Assembly: GCA_963701075.1 (NCBI GenBank)
Contig: OY969559.1
Location: 864,001-928,000 of the forward strand
DNA length: 64,000 nucleotides
From: an uncultured Nitrososphaerota archaeon
GTDB lineage: Archaea > Thermoproteota > Nitrososphaeria > Nitrososphaerales > Nitrosopumilaceae
Direction: 5' to 3'
Below the pieces are notes generated by a model, which made no database searches, was not told where the DNA came from, and was given only the letters and a program-made list of their open reading frames with translations. Both the position numbers and the translations under genes were made by a program. Below, piece after piece: positions 61,045-64,000 of this stretch. Each line of letters starts with the position of its first letter. Positions within the stretch are counted from its first letter, which is position 1.

Positions 61045-61536
61045 ATGGCCGAAAAAAAGGAAGAAGAGAAACACATTGAAGTTGATTCAACATCGCCTTT
61101 AACCCCTCACGAAAAAGCTTTACTTGCATTTGGTACCACTGCCTTAACTCAATCAGTTGATGCTCTGAAAGACTTTGCTAAAATAATGATCACATTACTT
61201 TCCGGTCTATTCGCAAGTTATTTTGCAATCTTAAAATTTTTAGGAGTATCAAGTACTGCAGACGTAAAGGCTCAAATCGTTAATTTAACAATGTTTCCGC
61301 CATTGCTTTTCATATTTAGCATAATAGTATTTGTATTGGCATTACTTCCAATGGAAGGTAAGGTGTCTCTAGATCTTCCTAAAAGCATAGAGAATTTCAG
61401 AAATACTTTGCTGAAATGGAAGAAAATAGAAGTTGCCATAGGAGTTTCCTTGTTTATAATTGGGATGTTTGTCATGATGGAAATATTCCTAATTTTATTA
61501 GTCTTAGAATCCGCAATCGTTTCTACTTGTTTATGA
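61045..61536 (+). CDS. 3-TM membrane protein
   Basis: Three hydrophobic helices separated by charged loops. Confidence 0.7.
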   Translation: MAEKKEEEKHIEVDSTSPLTPHEKALLAFGTTALTQSVDALKDFAKIMITLLSGLFASYFAILKFLGVSSTADVKAQIVNLTMFPPLLFIFSIIVFVLALLPMEGKVSLDLPKSIENFRNTLLKWKKIEVAIGVSLFIIGMFVMMEIFLILLVLESAIVSTCL

Positions 61537-61774
61537 ATTAGTTAGGTTATGAAAATAAAAAATTAAGGAATGGAGTTTTGTAGCTACTCCGATTAGCTTA
61601 CTGCACACTTTCTGTTAAATTATTTTCACAAAATTTCTTGGGCTCGTGATTACTGTTATCAAGAGAACCCTCGGACTCGCATCCATAAATTCAAATCATG
61701 ATCGAGTCTTACAGTTTTTGAATTTCATGATATGAAAAGTATGATCCACAGAAAGTGAGTTATGAAATTTATTT

Positions 61775-63880
61775 TTACTTTCTGTTTATGCGATTTAGAA
61801 CAGATTCTTTAGCTTTTAACGCATAAACATCCTTTGGATTTATCTCAAGTACCTTATCAAAGCATGATGTAGCTTCCTCATATTTACTCAGATTGTATAG
61901 TGCAAGACCTTTGTTGTATAATGCACTGACATCCTTTGGACATTTCTCCAGTACATTGTCAAACCATGTTATTGCCCCTTCATATTTACGCAGACTGTAA
62001 AGTGCAGTACCTTTGTTAAATAACGCATTAACAAAATTTGGATCTACCTTTAGCACCTTGTCATAGTATGTTATCGCTTCCTCATATCTTCCCAGATAGC
62101 CAAGTGCGAGACCTTTGTTGTTTAATGCACTGACATAATTTGGATCTACTTCAAGTGCCTTGTCAAACCATGTTATCGCTTCCTCATATCTGCCCCGATT
62201 TTTAAGGTCAATACCTTTGTTGTTTAATGCACTGACATAATTTGGATCTACCTTTAGCACCTTGTCATAGTATGTTATCGCTTCCTCATTTCTGCCCAAG
62301 TTTTCAAGTGCAAGACCTTTGTTGTTTAACGCTTTAACATAATTTGGATCTACCTTTAGCACCTTGTCATAGTATGTTATCGCTTCCTCATTTCTGCCCA
62401 GGTTTTCAAGTGCATTACCTTTGTTGTGTAATGCACTGACATAATTTGGATCTACTTCAAGTGCCTTGTCAAACCATGTTATCGCTTCCTCATTTCTGCC
62501 CAGGTTTTTAAGGTTAACACCTCTGTTGTTTAACGCATAAACATCCTTTGGATTTATCTCAAGTACCTTATCAAAGCATGATGTAGCTTCCTCATATTTA
62601 CTCAGATTGTATAGTGCAAGACCTTTGTTGTTTAACGCTTTAACATAATTTGGATCTATCTCCAGTACCTTGTCATAGTATGTTATCGCTTCCTCATATC
62701 TTCCCAGATAGCCAAGTGCAAGACCTTTGTTGTGTAATGCACTGACATAATTTGGATCTACTTCAAGTGCCTTGTCAAACCATGTTATCGCTTCCTCATT
62801 TCTGCCTAGGTTTTCAAGTGCAAGACCTTTGTTGTGTAATGCACTGACATAATTTGGATCTACTTCAAGTGCCTTGTCAAACCATGTTATCGCTTCCTCA
62901 TTTCTGCCCAAGTTTTCAAGTGCATTACCTCTGTTGTTTAATGCGTTAACATCCCTTGAATCTATCTCCAGTACCTTGTCAAACCATGTTATCGCTTCCT
63001 CATTTCTGCCCAGATAGCCAAGGGCATTACCCTTGTTGTGGAATGTTTTAACATAATTTGGATCTACCTTTAGCACCTTGTCATAGTATGTTATCGCTTC
63101 CTCGTATTTACCCCGATTGTATAATGCATTACCTTTGTTGTTTAACGCTTTAACATATTTTGGATCTATCTCCAGTACCTTGTCATAGTATGTTATCGCT
63201 TCCTCATTTCTGCCCAGGTTTTCAAGTGCAAGACCTTTGTTGTATAATGCTTTAACATCTTTTGGATCCACTTTGAGAATTTGATCATAATATTCTAATG
63301 CTTTTTCATAATTGCTACTATAATAGAAACCACTAGCTTCTCGTAAAAGAAAGTCTTTTGAAATATTGATTGATTCACAATGTCTTTCTAATTCTGTCCT
63401 CATATTTTCAATTTCCTTGCTGCGAGCTTCATCTATCTTATGGACAGTTTGACCAAACTGCCCCATTTCATTTTTCAAGTAGTCAAGCTTGAAATCTACA
63501 AGAGCATTATTTGTAACAATAATTTCCCGAATTGTCTCAAGCATGATTTCTTTGGCGGTGATTTGTTTCGGATCAGTTACATCTACCAAAATGGCATCCA
63601 ACTTGGTTGCAATTTTGTCATAGTGTTTCTCACCTCTACTTTGTATGTCTTTGAAGTAGCTTAGAACATGCTCTGCCTTTTGCTGTGGTGGCAAATCAGA
63701 AGGATAACTACTGTAGATGCTTGTTGCTATTGGACCAAAAAAAGGCAGATTAGAAAGCATCGCTGTAAGGACTCGATCCAGTGCAGGATAATCATTTTTG
63801 AAAGTAGCGATATTCTCTGCTATCGTTTTATTCAGCTCGTTTATTTTTTCGTTAAATTCATGCCACGAGGGAAGACGCAT
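61775..63880 (-). CDS. TPR array protein with ~175-aa helical N-terminal domain
   Basis: 14 near-identical 34-aa repeats (ALxNKGxALxxLGRxEEAIxxxDKxLxxDP) plus one divergent repeat and a capping helix. Confidence 0.92.
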   Translation of the reverse strand: MRLPSWHEFNEKINELNKTIAENIATFKNDYPALDRVLTAMLSNLPFFGPIATSIYSSYPSDLPPQQKAEHVLSYFKDIQSRGEKHYDKIATKLDAILVDVTDPKQITAKEIMLETIREIIVTNNALVDFKLDYLKNEMGQFGQTVHKIDEARSKEIENMRTELERHCESINISKDFLLREASGFYYSSNYEKALEYYDQILKVDPKDVKALYNKGLALENLGRNEEAITYYDKVLEIDPKYVKALNNKGNALYNRGKYEEAITYYDKVLKVDPNYVKTFHNKGNALGYLGRNEEAITWFDKVLEIDSRDVNALNNRGNALENLGRNEEAITWFDKALEVDPNYVSALHNKGLALENLGRNEEAITWFDKALEVDPNYVSALHNKGLALGYLGRYEEAITYYDKVLEIDPNYVKALNNKGLALYNLSKYEEATSCFDKVLEINPKDVYALNNRGVNLKNLGRNEEAITWFDKALEVDPNYVSALHNKGNALENLGRNEEAITYYDKVLKVDPNYVKALNNKGLALENLGRNEEAITYYDKVLKVDPNYVSALNNKGIDLKNRGRYEEAITWFDKALEVDPNYVSALNNKGLALGYLGRYEEAITYYDKVLKVDPNFVNALFNKGTALYSLRKYEGAITWFDNVLEKCPKDVSALYNKGLALYNLSKYEEATSCFDKVLEINPKDVYALKAKESVLNRINRK
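61829..63256 (-). repeat. 14 x 102-bp coding tandem repeat (TPR units)
   Basis: Recurring DNA blocks such as ATGTTATCGCTTCCTCAT and ACATAATTTGGATCTAC with 102-bp period. Confidence 0.95.
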
Positions 63881-64000
63881 TCAATCTACATTTCACTTTA
63901 AATTAATAAAGATTGTATGTTCATAAACTACACTGAAATAACAACAAGATATTTCAGGATTCCAACAAACCGTGATATAACAAGCCTTACAGGACCCAAA

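Noticed and set aside
61829-63256. CRISPR array or DGR template/variable repeats
   Set aside because: Period is 102 bp in frame with TPR units, there are no unique spacers, no cas or reverse transcriptase gene in the window, and differences are not adenine-specific.
1-64000. Numerous antisense or overlapping ORFs in the ORF track (e.g. 5127-5813, 14252-14824, 7331-7861, 54358-54624)
   Set aside because: Shadows of well-supported genes on the opposite strand or frame.

Overview
64 kb of an AT-rich archaeal chromosome from an ammonia-oxidising Nitrososphaerota (Thaumarchaeota). Gene content (DnaJ-ferredoxin, kdpABC, NiCoT, archaeal shikimate route, futalosine-type menaquinone genes) suggests a Nitrosotalea-like organism; this is inference, not a database result. 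The core backbone is scpA, intron-containing tRNA-Tyr, aIF5A, dph6, srp54, pus10, rps24e/rps27ae, apgM, slyD, galT, thiDN/thiC, the aro cluster, alba, mqnC/ubiD, bcp, an aquaporin and tRNA-Arg. There are two accessory blocks. (1) About 5.9-22 kb: amino-acid permease, kdpABC plus an unannotated trailing kdpF, a thioredoxin/DUF255-CcdA fusion, an ornithine cyclodeaminase + deoxyhypusine-synthase-like operon, and NiCoT + wHTH. (2) A defence-like island after tRNA-Arg (56.7-64 kb): an ABC-ATPase-TOPRIM gene (PARIS AriAB/OLD-like) cleanly interrupted by an 874-bp IS5 element, small membrane genes, and a mosaic 102-bp TPR array. Two ncRNA candidates are not explained by ORFs: a C/D-box sRNA whose guide matches a CAU anticodon loop (3442-3509) and a pseudoknotted GC-rich RNA (48134-48199). 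Nine +1 frameshifts occur in otherwise intact genes. Seven read as two synonymous third-position bases written in tandem, so the sequence is probably a mixed-strain consensus and these are probably not true pseudogenes.
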